Below are positions 10,718 to 21,435 of a DNA stretch of 32,849 nt, piece by piece. The notes beneath the pieces were generated by a model. That model was not told where the DNA came from and made no database searches. It was given only the letters and a program-made list of their open reading frames with translations. A program made the translations under genes and the position numbers. The stretch is from Octopus bimaculoides (taxonomy: Eukaryota). The stretch spans positions 7,914,742 through 7,947,590 of the forward strand of contig NC_068989.1 of NCBI RefSeq assembly GCF_001194135.2. Reading direction: 5' to 3'. Positions within the stretch are counted from its first letter, which is position 1. Every line of letters starts with the position of its first letter.

Positions 10718-11150
10718 TATAAGTTTTCAACAGCGATTTAGCACCGTACTGCTACTGTATAACACTCTCTCTGAGAGATTTAGAAATGCAATACTTTTAA
10801 TTTTGTAAACCAGTAAATTTATTTCACTTGAAATTCTATATAAGTTTTCAACAGCGATTTAGCACCGACAGTTAGCAAGGCCAAACTACTCCAGACTGAT
10901 GAAGATCAACAAACCTGAAACCAGTCTCTGGACGCTAGCTTTGTTGCGTGGAGGTGCTTATCTCCCTTGTTTGAAAACGTAAGGACACAGAACCCTTGTG
11001 TCATGTAACCAACTAGAAACGGTGTTTCTTGGAGGTAAATAGCAGTAGCATTCTTCCCTTTCCTGGGACTGCCACATTAAGTTGGCAACAAAGCACCACT
11101 TTATCGTGCTGCTACTGTATAATTCTCTCTAAGAGATTTAGAAATGCAGT
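10718..11150. repeat. Local direct duplications bracketing the 10890 hammerhead-bearing segment
   Basis: tataagttttcaacagcgatttagcaccg occurs at ~10718 and ~10839. gctactgtataa...agagatttagaaatgca occurs at ~10752 and ~11110. Confidence 0.75.
10890..10932 (+). ncRNA. Degenerate minimal type I hammerhead ribozyme motif
   Basis: Reads TCCAGA-CTGATGA-agat(caacaa)acct-GAAA-cca-GTC-TCTGGA. It has a perfect 6-bp stem I, intact core and GUC triplet, with stem II at 3/4 pairs. Confidence 0.55.
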
Positions 11151-11176
11151 CTTTCTAAAATTTAAAATATTATTAC

Positions 11177-11338
11177 AAAAATTCCGCCGAGGTCAACTTT
11201 GGCCTTTCATCTTTTCGGGGTCGATTAAATAAGTACTAGTTACGCACTGGGGTCGATGTAATCGGCTTAATTCCTTTGCCTGTCCTTGTTTATCCCCTCT
11301 ATGTGTTTAGCCCTCGTGTGGGCAATAAAGAAATAAAT
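11177..11338 (+). mobile_element. SINE family A, 5'-truncated, with variant 3' tail
   Basis: Reads aaattccgccgaggtcaactttg.cctttcatc...ggggtcgatgtaatcg. Confidence 0.8.
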
Positions 11339-12016
11339 ACACGACACTTTGTTCAGTTTTAATTTCAAACTTGTAATGAAAATATTATGGAAGCTCAAAT
11401 GATTTTTGCTACTGTTTTCATCTATGCTGTCTTACATCCGAGTATTATGGCGTGAAGTATTATAGCTTATCATAGCAGACTCTTTATGGTTCTATAGAAT
11501 AAAATGGCATATAACGTGATACCATGTTTTAAATTGCCCTCAAGGACGTTACCTCAGAAAATTAAGTGCATGAATTCCAAAGTTTGGGCCATTTCGTGCG
11601 ATCCCCTCTTCCTCTCTCTCACGCACACTGTCACCCTCTCTCACTCTCTCTCTCACTCTCTCTCTCTGTTTCTCTCTCACATACACACACGTTGAAATCC
11701 ATATGTTAATGGTTTCATGTAAAATAAGTAAATTAAATTACTTTAATGAAGTTATTTCTGCAGGGAGGGGGCAGGATATGTATTATCAAGGGGTTGTTTG
11801 AAAATGCTTTAGTTTAATTCGGTAGTTGGTGGAGGCAAAGATCTAAGATAACACGATAATAATCACTAGTTTCCCCCATTAGATGAATCACCTGGCTTAT
11901 TTTTTGCTGTTGTTGTTTTATCTGGACGAGAAAATAATTTTAAAATCTTTATGTTTGTTTTTCTATGCGATCCAAAAGAAAAAGAAGAACGTGAAATATT
12001 TTCAAGCATAAACAAT

Positions 12017-12190
12017 GGCGGCGCGTTCCTTAGTGCTTAGGGATGTTGGACACACGGTCATTAGATTGTAGTTTCGCTTCCTGAACCAGACAATGTCTTG
12101 TGTTCTTGAGTAAAACGTTTCATATTCACATTGCGCCAATCCAATCCGTTGGCAAAAATGAATGTCCCTTCGACAGACTGGCGACCCGTA
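12017..12190 (+). mobile_element. Diverged tRNA-headed SINE fragment (C-related head)
   Basis: Reads ggcgcgttccttagtgcttaggg...gtttcgcttcc...ttgtgttcttgag. It is similar to the heads at 18176 and, on the minus strand, 23195-23298. Confidence 0.6.
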
Positions 12191-12192
12191 TG

Positions 12193-12283
<91 letters not shown>

Positions 12284-13063
12284 ATATGTATGTATATATA
12301 AGTATATATATGTATATATATATACGTATATATGTATATATATATATGTATGTATATATATATATGTATATGCATATATACGTACAAGTATGTGCATACC
12401 TACATCTACCTGTATATATAGGTGCATATCTTGGTACAGGACATTGCAAACAAAACGTAGACAAAATAATAATAATAACCAAAGTACAGAAAACTCNNNN
12501 NNNNNNNNNNNNNNNNNNNNNNNNNNNNNNNNNNNNNNNNNNNNNNNNNNNNNNNNNNNNNNNNNNNNNNNNNNNNNNNNNNNNNNNNNNNNNNNNNNNN
12601 NNNNNNNNNNNNNNNNNNNNNNNNNNNNNNNNNNNNNNNNNNNNNNNNNNNNNNNNNNNNNNNNNNNNNNNNNNNNNNNNNNNNNNNNNNNNNNNNNNNN
12701 NNNNNNNNNNNNNNNNNNNNNNNNNNNNNNNNNNNNNNNNNNNNNNNNNNNNNNNNNNNNNNNNNNNNNNNNNNNNNNNNNNNNNNNNNNNNNNNNNNNN
12801 NNNNNNNNNNNNNNNNNNNNNNNNNNNNNNNNNNNNNNNNNNNNNNNNNNNNNNNNNNNNNNNNNNNNNNNNNNNNNNNNNNNNNNNNNNNNNNNNNNNN
12901 NNNNNNNNNNNNNNNNNNNNNNNNNNNNNNNNNNNNNNNNNNNNNNNNNNNNNNNNNNNNNNNNNNNNNNNNNNNNNNNNNNNNNNNNNNNNNNNNNNNN
13001 NNNNNNNNNNNNNNNNNNNNNNNNNNNNNNNNNNNNNNNNNNNNNNNNNNNNATAAATAAATG

Positions 13064-13346
13064 CAATTGCAGCATGGAAGGTGTTTATAAGCCATTTAAA
13101 AACACACACAAAAACCGTTAGATTCACTTCAAAATTTAAATTCAATTTGCCAAAATGTTTTCGTCGCTTTGACACCGCGACCTGTTCACTGCATCTGTGA
13201 TACAGCACAGAATTTTGTCAGTGAACAGGTCGCGGTGTCAAAGCGACGAAAATATTTTGACAAATTAAATTTAAATTTTGAAGTGAATCTAACGGTTTTT
13301 GTGTGTGTTTTTAAATGGCTTATAAACACCTTCCACGCTGCAATTG
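13064..13346. mobile_element. Foldback / MITE-like element with ~128-bp inverted arms
   Basis: 13064-13191 is the reverse complement of 13219-13346 with about 4 mismatches. The spacer is 27 nt. No TSD was identified. Confidence 0.8.
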
Positions 13347-13964
13347 TTTTTGTTTCAGCATACGATCTCAGATCAAGTCACTTGCTATGCAAGTATATCT
13401 CCGTAATAAATAAATAAATAAATAAATAAATATACTTCTATTGAAATGCGACTAAATTGCCTGTTTTATCTATCGAGAAATACGTAGCAGATAAATTTCT
13501 AGCGGAAGGGGTCGATATAATTAATTCCTTGAAGGTTGCAATCCATTTAAGCCACAGTTCCAGAAGATTAAAAAGAGCTCACAGCTGTTGTATATAACAA
13601 AGCTATATAAGCCGCCCCATATATAACTTGGAGAAAGCATTGTTCTACCAAATTCTTTTGTCCTAAAATACACTACATGAAGGCAAACACCTTACGATGG
13701 ATGATAGGACTCAAAAGTTATATATGAGTAGCTTAGCTTTCGAGTTGTACCATCGTAATATTGTAATACGTTTTCAAAATGAACGTGTTTAGTATGAATA
13801 CTGACAACGAATCTATCTGATTGCCGCCATATTAAGACATGATTTTTAACGGTTTTCCTTTGTAATGAGTCATGTGAAATCCTGTACTTATTTCACGTCG
13901 GTATTTATTCTATTGAACGTAAGTAATCGAATGGCTTAGTTACACCTACCTACTTCGTTTTTTA

Positions 13965-13995
<31 letters not shown>

Positions 13996-14128
13996 ACGCA
14001 ACCCAACACGCTGGATCACACGTCTTTACACAGACATATATGTCGTCTTTTATGCAAGTGTGTGCGTGTCTATCTGATGGATTTTATATTATTTAATTGT
14101 AGAAAGCATTGTTCTGTTGTTGGTTGTG

Positions 14129-14345
14129 GGCGACGAGCTGGCAGAATCGTTAGCACACCGGGCGAAATTGCTTAGCGTTATTTCGTCTGCCATTACGTTC
14201 TAAGTTCAAATTCCGCCGAGGTTAACTTTGCCTTTCATCCTTTCGGGGTCGATTAGATAAGTACCAGTTACGTACTGGGGTCGATGTAATCGTCTAGTTC
14301 CCCACCCCCAAAATTTGAGACCTTGTGCCTCTAGTAGAAAGTATT
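14129..14345 (+). mobile_element. SINE family A, full length, followed by (ATT/ATC)n
   Basis: Complete from head to tail and colinear with the 217-413 and 28870-29085 copies. Confidence 0.9.
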
Positions 14346-14370
14346 ATTATTATCATCATCATCATCATCA

Positions 14371-14405
<35 letters not shown>

Positions 14406-14620
14406 TAATCTACAACAAAATGTTTTCTGAGCACAATTACAAACAAGTTGAACATCAGTTGTGGTGGTAGACGTAGTGGTGGTGGTGGAGGTGGTGGTGG
14501 TGGTGGATTTGGTGGCGGTGGAGGTGGTGCTGGTGCTGGTGATGATGATAGTAATAATAATGACGATAGTGATGGTGTTGTTGTTGTTGGTGGTGGTGGT
14601 GGTGGCGATGGTAGTGGCGA
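14342..14620. repeat. Compound trinucleotide microsatellites (ATT, ATC, GGT, GAT, GTT)
   Basis: Seen directly in the sequence. Confidence 0.95.
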
Positions 14621-15144
14621 TGACGGGGAGAAAAAAAATGTATCCAGTTGGGATCACAATACAAGTATTTGATCTAATCTCAACCCAGCTTGTATGTATT
14701 TTTTTCATAAACAAACTGAAGAAAAACATTTTGAAATCCTGTCTCCCGTGATAGAAGACAATGAAAACAAATATAAAGCAAAAAGAAAGAAAGAAAGAAA
14801 GAAAGAACGAATGAAACAAGACATTGTTCTTGGAAACATAATAAATAGGAATGATAAGCCAGCATTATTAGGTTATTATTAGATATGTTTAATTCGGTTA
14901 TAATGGTTGGCATCTAGGGACTTTTATTCAGAGAGATGTTGGTGTCAACACCTCTTTTGCGTTAAGAAAACACCATTTCACAATCCTAAGGAATTTACAA
15001 AATAAATAATCTTTCTCTCCCTCTCTCTATCGCCGTTTCTCTTATCTCTAATTCTTTCCTTATCCCTCTCTTTCTACCCGTATTTCTACTACCGCTAACT
15101 CTTTCCCCCCCCCCACTTCTTTCTTTATATCTATCTGTATCTAA

Positions 15145-15186
<42 letters not shown>

Positions 15187-15835
15187 TTGTCTGTCTGTCT
15201 GTCTGTCTCCCTCGTGTGTCAAGGTTGCATTTGTTTAACATTCGTTTTGGTTCGTATGTGCTTATATCGGATATATTGCTGATTTCGTGAATTTCAAGAA
15301 CAGAAGCCACAGCAGCAGCAGCAGCAGCAACAAGAACAGCAACAACAAATGATTTCTAAAATAAGTAAAATGTGTTAAATTTATGGAAAAAGGCGTGTTC
15401 GATACAGAAATAATTGACCCCAGTCCTTGACTGGAGTCCGCAGAAGGATAAACGTTAATGACGATGTTGGTAGGATTTGAACTTAGAAGGCAAATACACA
15501 TAATTAAACACCACAAGGAATGTATTTACCATTGTATTTATTATACTAATCCATCGCCTTCGAAAATAACAATTTCTTTTATATGTCACCGGGACAACGG
15601 TTGAGGGGTCAGTTAAAGTCGTTCATAGACAAAGAGCGTGTGGCTTTGCATAGAAAGTCAAACAAGTAAAAAAACAATGGTATAAGATACAGGTATTTAT
15701 GGTATACAAATAATAAATGTTCAAGATGCATTCCTCAGGGGACAAGAGGAACACCATCTAGGAATACCACAGAATCAAGATCACCTTGAAAACCAAGGGC
15801 AAATGCCGGCTGCTCTACTGTCGTTCTTCAAACTA

Positions 15836-16404
15836 CAGGGGGTTCAAGAAAGTCTCTCCGTAGTATTTTATTGCAAAATAAATATTTATAAGATGGTATA
15901 AGACTACAAAAGAATATATTAGACTTTCCAAGACTTTAGAACTACTTTATAAGAGGTGTTGAAAGTGTTGTCCTTCATTTTCAATAAATAAAATTTAATT
16001 TCTTTTTTACTGCCGTGTGAGCACTTCCTTGGCTGATTTCCGTTTCCTATGACAATTTACAAAAGGGCTCTGACGGGCTTGCCAACAGTTTATCAGAAAT
16101 ATTGGAGAGTGTTTCGTCTGAAAGAACAGTAGGCCTACCTATCGCTTCTTACTGCGTCTTCCACTGAGCCTATGTTTCTAAATTTTCTTAACAAATCCTG
16201 CACAGTATCTATGTATTTGTTTCCAGCTCGAAACACCCATTCAACTAAAAACGTACGTTCTTCAATGGTTAGCATATCGACACACTGAAGGGTACGCAAT
16301 GACTGAGGACAATGGCCGACACCCGGCCGCCTACCCAGTGATAGCCAAGTTGCGCATGCGCAGGATGAAAAAGTTCACTGCGGAGAGACTTTTTGAACAC
16401 CCTA
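15836..16404 (-). mobile_element. Internally deleted Tc1/mariner-superfamily transposon (569 bp) with disrupted transposase N-terminus
   Basis: About 29-bp TIRs (cagggggttcaagaaagtctctccgtagt versus rc tagggtgttcaaaaagtctctccgcagt) are flanked by TA. Minus strand 16275-15983 reads MLTIEERTFLVEWVFRAG...LLRKFRNIGSVEDAVRS/GRPTVLSDE...SPS..KLS*ETEISQGSAHTAVKKKL, an HTH pattern of the DUF4817-type mariner N-terminus, with a frameshift and a stop. Confidence 0.85.
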
Positions 16405-16529
16405 TACAAACATACATATACTTAGAAAGGTTCCAGCCATCTTTTCTTATCCGTTTCATAATAATATTTGTCTTTTAATGTAGACAGAAGAGCTTAAATT
16501 TAGAGAAGGGGTAGACTTGGTTGTATCGA

Positions 16530-16865
16530 TTTCAAATTCTGGCACAAGGCCAGCATTTTCGGGAAGAGATAAGTCGATTACATCGACTCCAGCGCTCAAC
16601 TGGTAGTCGTTTTATCGACCCTCGAAAGGACGAAACGCAAAGTCAACCTCAGTGAAATTTGAACTCAGAACGTAAAGACGGATGAAATTCCGCTAAGTAT
16701 TTTTTTCCAGCGCGGGTAACGAATCTAATCTTCTAGCTCTCTACTTTAGAAACCTGATTATATCGACTGCAGTACTTTTGATTGGTACTTTAGCTTGCTT
16801 TTCGCTTCCAGAAGAATGAAAGGTAAAACTTACCTTGGTCGGATTTGAATCCAGAACGCAAAGAG
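16530..16865 (-). mobile_element. Two SINE family A copies (about 16530-16725 and 16760-16865)
   Basis: Reverse complements of the family A body (gtcgattacatcgac, aatttgaactcagaacgtaaagacgg). Confidence 0.75.
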
Positions 16866-17124
16866 CTATAAATCTAGGCCATTGATTTTCAAAGTCCAGT
16901 AGCAACAGCATTTATAAATAACATTAACGAAACAACAAAAGTTCGTACTTAATCACTCAACCTGCTGGAAACAGCAGCGAAAATCTCACTCAAATCACAC
17001 CGAGCTGTCTTAAATATAGAAAGGACATGTTAATATAATTCTATGTAAGCTTCAAAAAGATGGGATGGTGATAGCTGGAACGTCTTTGATCTTAGGACTC
17101 GTGGATAAAGGGTTTTATTTTTTT

Positions 17125-17500
17125 GGCACTCCGTCGCTTACGACGTCGAGGGTTCCAGTTGATCCGATCAATGGATCAGCCTGCTCGTAAAATTAACGTG
17201 CAAGTGGCTGAGCACTCCACAGACACGTGTACCCTTAACGTAGTTCTCGGGGAGATTCAGCGTGACACAGTGTGACAAGGCTGACCCTTTGAATTACAGG
17301 CACAACAGAAACAGGAAGTAAGAGTGAGAGAAAGTGGTGACAGAGCCCAGCAGGGTTCGCCACCATCCCCTGCCGAAGCCTCGTGGAGCTTTAGATGTTT
17401 TCGCTTAATAAACACTCACAATGCTCGTTCTGGGAATCGAAACCGCGATCCTATGACCGCGAGTGCGCTGCCCTAACCACTGGGCCATTGCGCCTCCACC
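17125..17500 (-). mobile_element. Full-length tRNA-derived SINE, family C, with 12-bp TSD
   Basis: It has an A box TGGCCCAGTGG and a B-box-like GGTTTCGATTCC, an A-rich tail, and TSD GGATAAAGGGTT at 17103-17114 and 17501-17512. It is highly similar to the copies at 24371-24620 and 32091-32470. Confidence 0.9.
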
Positions 17501-17792
17501 GGATAAAGGGTTAATCTGGAATTTAACAACTCAACAATAACAATAGGCGTTGTTATTTATTGCTTACTTAAACGTTTTTGAAATTGCCCAAACGAAAAGA
17601 CAGACTAAACCTTAAGTTAAAGACTGAATTCTTTCAAGGAAACAACAAAACTGAATGGTTGCTTTGTTAGCAATAACACCAACAGTCAAAACAACAATGG
17701 ACGCTGGATTAATTTTCACAAAAATGAAAGAAAAATCTTTGTAGAATAAAGTTGTATTTTTTTAGAAATATATTTTATTTTTAGTATAAGAA

Positions 17793-18006
17793 GTCAGCGA
17801 GTTAGCAGAATCGTTACCGCGCCGGACAAAATGCTTACCGGCATTTCTTTCGGATCTACGTTCTGAATTCAAAATTCTACCGGTGTCGACTTTGCTTTTC
17901 ATCCTTTTCAGTGTTTATAAAATAACTACCAGTCAATTACTAGAATCAATGTAATCGGACCGCTTCCTGCCACAAAGTTACAGGCCCTGTCACAATAAGA
18001 AATATT
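17793..18006 (+). mobile_element. Diverged SINE family A
   Basis: Reads gcgagttagcagaatcgtta...aaatgctta...gtcgactttgcttttcatcc. Confidence 0.8.
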
Positions 18007-18175
18007 GGGCCATCCATTTTCATCAATGACAAAACAAAATGGCGTTCCACTTTAGCGTGCGTCTGCCCCCACGTTTATACTTCTGACTGCAGTCTACTTC
18101 CACAATAAGATCTTTATTCTGCAGGATGACAAAACCAAGTTGAATAATGCTGGATAATGATTTATTATCAACGAA

Positions 18176-18493
18176 AGCGTCGCTTTGTGGCTGGTGTACT
18201 TGGCTCAAGACAGTAAGTTCGTGAGTTCGATTTCTTGCGGCGTGTTGTGTTCTTGAGCAAGATATTTTTTTTCCTGTTGCTCCAATCCACTCAGCTAGCA
18301 AAAATAAGTTGTACCTGTAATTCAAAAGGGGCCAGTCTTGTCACATTCTGTGTCATGCTGAATCTCCCTGAGAACTACAGTAAGGATAAGCGTGTCTGTG
18401 GTTTGCTTAGCCACATTCTCATTAATTTCACGAACAGGCAATCTGTTCATCGCATCAATTGGAACACTTGTCATCGTAACTGATGGAGTGCCA
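18176..18493 (+). mobile_element. Diverged SINE related to family C
   Basis: Shares tgtaattcaaaggg-cagccttgtcaca...ctgaatctccc.gagaactac...ggagtgcca with family C but has a different head. Confidence 0.75.
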
Positions 18494-18804
18494 GGCAGGT
18501 CCCGGACCATTAATAACAGCGAAGTACAGGCCTGTAGCCCTACCTCTGTCACGCTTTCGTTTTTCTCGCATGACACTACAACATTGATGGCAAGGATCAC
18601 CTTCCCGTTGGCGCATCTGGAACATTGCGTTATTGAAAAAAAAACAAAGAAAAAAAACTGCTGTTTCCTTTGTCAAAATAACACGTCTCTAGAAATCTGT
18701 TAACAACAGTGTGGTGAGTAAAATGTGCTACACTTATGTTATTGGCTTCAGTTTGAGGAAGATACTAACTTTTGCCGAACTGCTAAGTTATGGAGGATAT
18801 AAAC

Positions 18805-19052
18805 TAACCAACACCGGTTGTCAGGTGGGGGTAAGGGACAAACTCTCTCTCACACACACACACATACATATGTCTGTATGCACACATATACACGGTGTGC
18901 TTCTACAGAGTTCCCGTCTACCAAATTCACTAGCATGGCATTGGTTGGCCTACAGATATAGTAGCAGACACTGCTGCACAGTGGGATTGAACCCCCAAGA
19001 ACACCACATGGTTGCAAAGTGAGCTTCTTAACCAGACAACTCTGCCTGCGCC
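18805..19052 (-). mobile_element. Diverged SINE family B (5' half)
   Basis: Reverse complement gives ggcgcaggcagagttgtctggttaagaagctcactttgcaaccatgtgg...gttcaatcccactgtg...aatttggtagacggg. Confidence 0.75.
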
Positions 19053-19066
19053 GATAATAGAGAGGT

Positions 19067-19183
19067 ACTCACAGGAGCTTGGGCTCCAAGTGGTCACTCG
19101 TCTACGTATTAAATAGGTTCAACGTTGCTTAACTTTGATGATCGAAAGAGCAACGGTGCTTTTGGTGTGATATGCTTGTGAGC
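19067..19183 (-). pseudogene. Degenerate 5S rRNA copy or 5S-derived SINE head (117 nt)
   Basis: Minus strand gctcacaagcatatcac...cgatcatcaaagttaagcaacgttgaacc..ttaatacgtagacgagtgaccacttgg aligns by eye with metazoan 5S at roughly 70%. The terminal helix gctcaca/tgtgagt pairs. There is no oligo-T terminator. Confidence 0.75.
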
Positions 19184-19200
19184 CGCATAAATCATAATTC

Positions 19201-19426
19201 AAAGAACATACGAATTTGCTGCTCCAGTAATATAATTTCGACCTAATACTATAGTCGTATCTTTCTTCATCTTAAACAATGATGAATGAGATGATGTACT
19301 TCAACTGATATGGTCGCAAGCCGTATAAAAAGAACATACGAATGTGATGCCCCAGTATTATAATTTCGACCTAATACTATAGTCATATCTTTCTTCGTTT
19401 TAAACAATGATGAGATGCACTTCAAC
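19201..19426. repeat. Tandem duplication, period 128 bp
   Basis: aaagaacatacgaat...cttcaac starts at 19201 and again at 19329. Confidence 0.85.
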
Positions 19427-19984
19427 ATCATACTTATTTTCAATTCTATCAGATGATCCAGCAAAACCTGTATAGACTATAGAAACAACGAAGATGACGG
19501 CATACAAACGATCGATAATTAGGCTTGTTGACTGTCAAAGTATCGATTCTACTGGCTATATTTCTCTCAACAAATAGAATTATTGATTAAATATCTAAAT
19601 ATGTAAGATGAATTGTTGTTATCAATATTATGTTTTTTTCCGGACTATTTACTTCATCTTTAGACCATATTTTGTTGTTACCTTTTATAGGTTTTTGTCA
19701 TTGCACTACAGCCAAACGAGGGCATAGCTTTCAAGGCTGTACTTTTTATTCGATCGTATCGACCCCAGTACGTATTTCTGTCTGGTTATTTGTTTTATCG
19801 ATTACTGTTTGCTGAACAGTAAACTTACGAGGCTTAAAGGGGTATGTCGTAAACGCATCTCAGGCATCGATCTCACCAATTTTCGAAGGCCTGCAAGGGT
19901 CAGCAACACTTCCCTTTCTCCCGAATTCATGAAGTAAAAAATAAATAAATAAACGATGTGAACTTTACAAACACAAGAACTGTA

Positions 19985-20097
19985 TGTCTATGGCTAACCA
20001 CATAATTTCATGTTCAGTCCCACTGGACAGGACGGGCAAGTGTCTCCTAGTATAGCCTCGAGAGGAAATTTGGTAGACGAAAGCTATATGAAAGCCC

Positions 20098-20132
<35 letters not shown>

Positions 20133-20160
20133 TGCATTTCTGTATTTGTCTCCCACTACT
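19985..20160 (+). mobile_element. Diverged SINE family B fragment
   Basis: Reads gttcagtcccactg...gggcaagtgtctcctagtatagcctcg...tttggtagacg. Confidence 0.7.
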
Positions 20161-20380
20161 TAACTTTGCATTTATATCAAACCTCGATGTTAATGAAATG
20201 AAAAATATTAGTTTAGAAACAGTCAGACCATGAGAGCAATAGAGAAGTGAAGACACGCAAGATGGCGTGCACTGGTATACGTTGATTGAGTAAAAATAAT
20301 AATAAATAAATCTCCAGGTACGTTTGTATGTTGGTATGCAAGATGAAGAAATGTAAAGCTTTTTAATTTGTCTTTAACAG

Positions 20381-20640
20381 GTGAGTTGGTGATGGGACCA
20401 GTCCAACAGGGATATTCCTCTCATTCTGCAAACGTACAACTGAAACACAAAATCATAGAACACGACCAAGTTTTAACCATTCAGCTGCAACTTCATATTT
20501 CAAACACTTCGACCAGCAAAGCGACCGAATACTGTGTCCACTGGTTCCTTAATAGCTGTAACGCCTATCCAGACCTTGAGTTCTGTGATATTCCACCGGA
20601 TCACTATGGACCAAAACCGTTCCTGACCAATGTGAAAACA
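20381..20640 (+). CDS. Coding exon E, first part of FN3-like domain 2 (GELVMGPV...EYCVHWFLNSC...KPFLTNVKT)
   Basis: Acceptor ttttaatttgtctttaacag and donor gtatgt at 20641. The exon is 260 nt, open in phase 1/0, non-repetitive and has protein-like composition. Confidence 0.8.
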
Positions 20641-20797
20641 GTATGTAATTTCTGTATTTTGCCTCTCGTTCATTCGTTCATAATCTTTCTGCTTTTATAT
20701 ATTTCTGCGCCCTTCTCTTTATCTGACTCTTTTTTTTCCTTTTCTATTTTCGATATAATTGACTATCGCCCTCCCACAAATTTCAGGCCTTGTGCCA

Positions 20798-20860
20798 AAC
20801 CGCGAAGTTACGGGGGCGTAAAAACACCAACATCTGTCATTAAGCGATTGTGAAGGGACA

Positions 20861-20907
<47 letters not shown>

Positions 20908-21090
20908 TTATATATATATATGTATGTACGCGACAAGCTTCTTTCAGTTTCCGTCTACCAAATCCACTCACAAGGCTTTGGTCGGCCAGAGACTATAGTA
21001 GAAGACACCTGCCCAAGGTGCCACGCAGTGGAACTGAACCCGGGACCATGTGGTTGGGAAGCAAGCTTCCTACAACACAGCCACTCCTGC

Positions 21091-21092
<2 letters not shown>
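20798..21092 (-). mobile_element. SINE family B, 3'-truncated
   Basis: Reverse complement of the family B head and body, including the internal (CA)n. Confidence 0.85.
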
Positions 21093-21170
<78 letters not shown>

Positions 21171-21231
21171 GCATGTATGTATGTACATATATATATATGT
21201 GTATGCACACATATACGTATGCATACACATG

Positions 21232-21362
21232 TGTATGTTTGTGTTTGGCCTCCACCACCGTTTGGCAACCGGTGTTGGTTTGTGTACGTCCCAGTAGATT
21301 AGCAGTTAGAATATGCATCGCTTACAAAGACAAGTAAGTACAGGGGTCGATTTGTTCGACTA
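21232..21362 (+). mobile_element. Diverged SINE family B fragment
   Basis: Reads caaccggtgttggtttgtgtacgtccc...ggggtcgatttgttcgactaaa. Confidence 0.6.
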
Positions 21363-21435
21363 AATACCATGTCATTGCTAACCCTCCACTAGATTTTAGC
21401 AACCGTTCGTATATCGCTTTTGAAACAACGCTAGT

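Noticed and set aside
14331-14819. Gly-, His- and Thr-rich ORFs
   Set aside because: They come from GGT/GAT/GTT microsatellites and are open on both strands.
18392-18703. ORF containing FN3-like ACSPTSVTLSF as the candidate missing exon
   Set aside because: The first half is SINE, there is no polypyrimidine acceptor, and phase-0 entry points hit stops.
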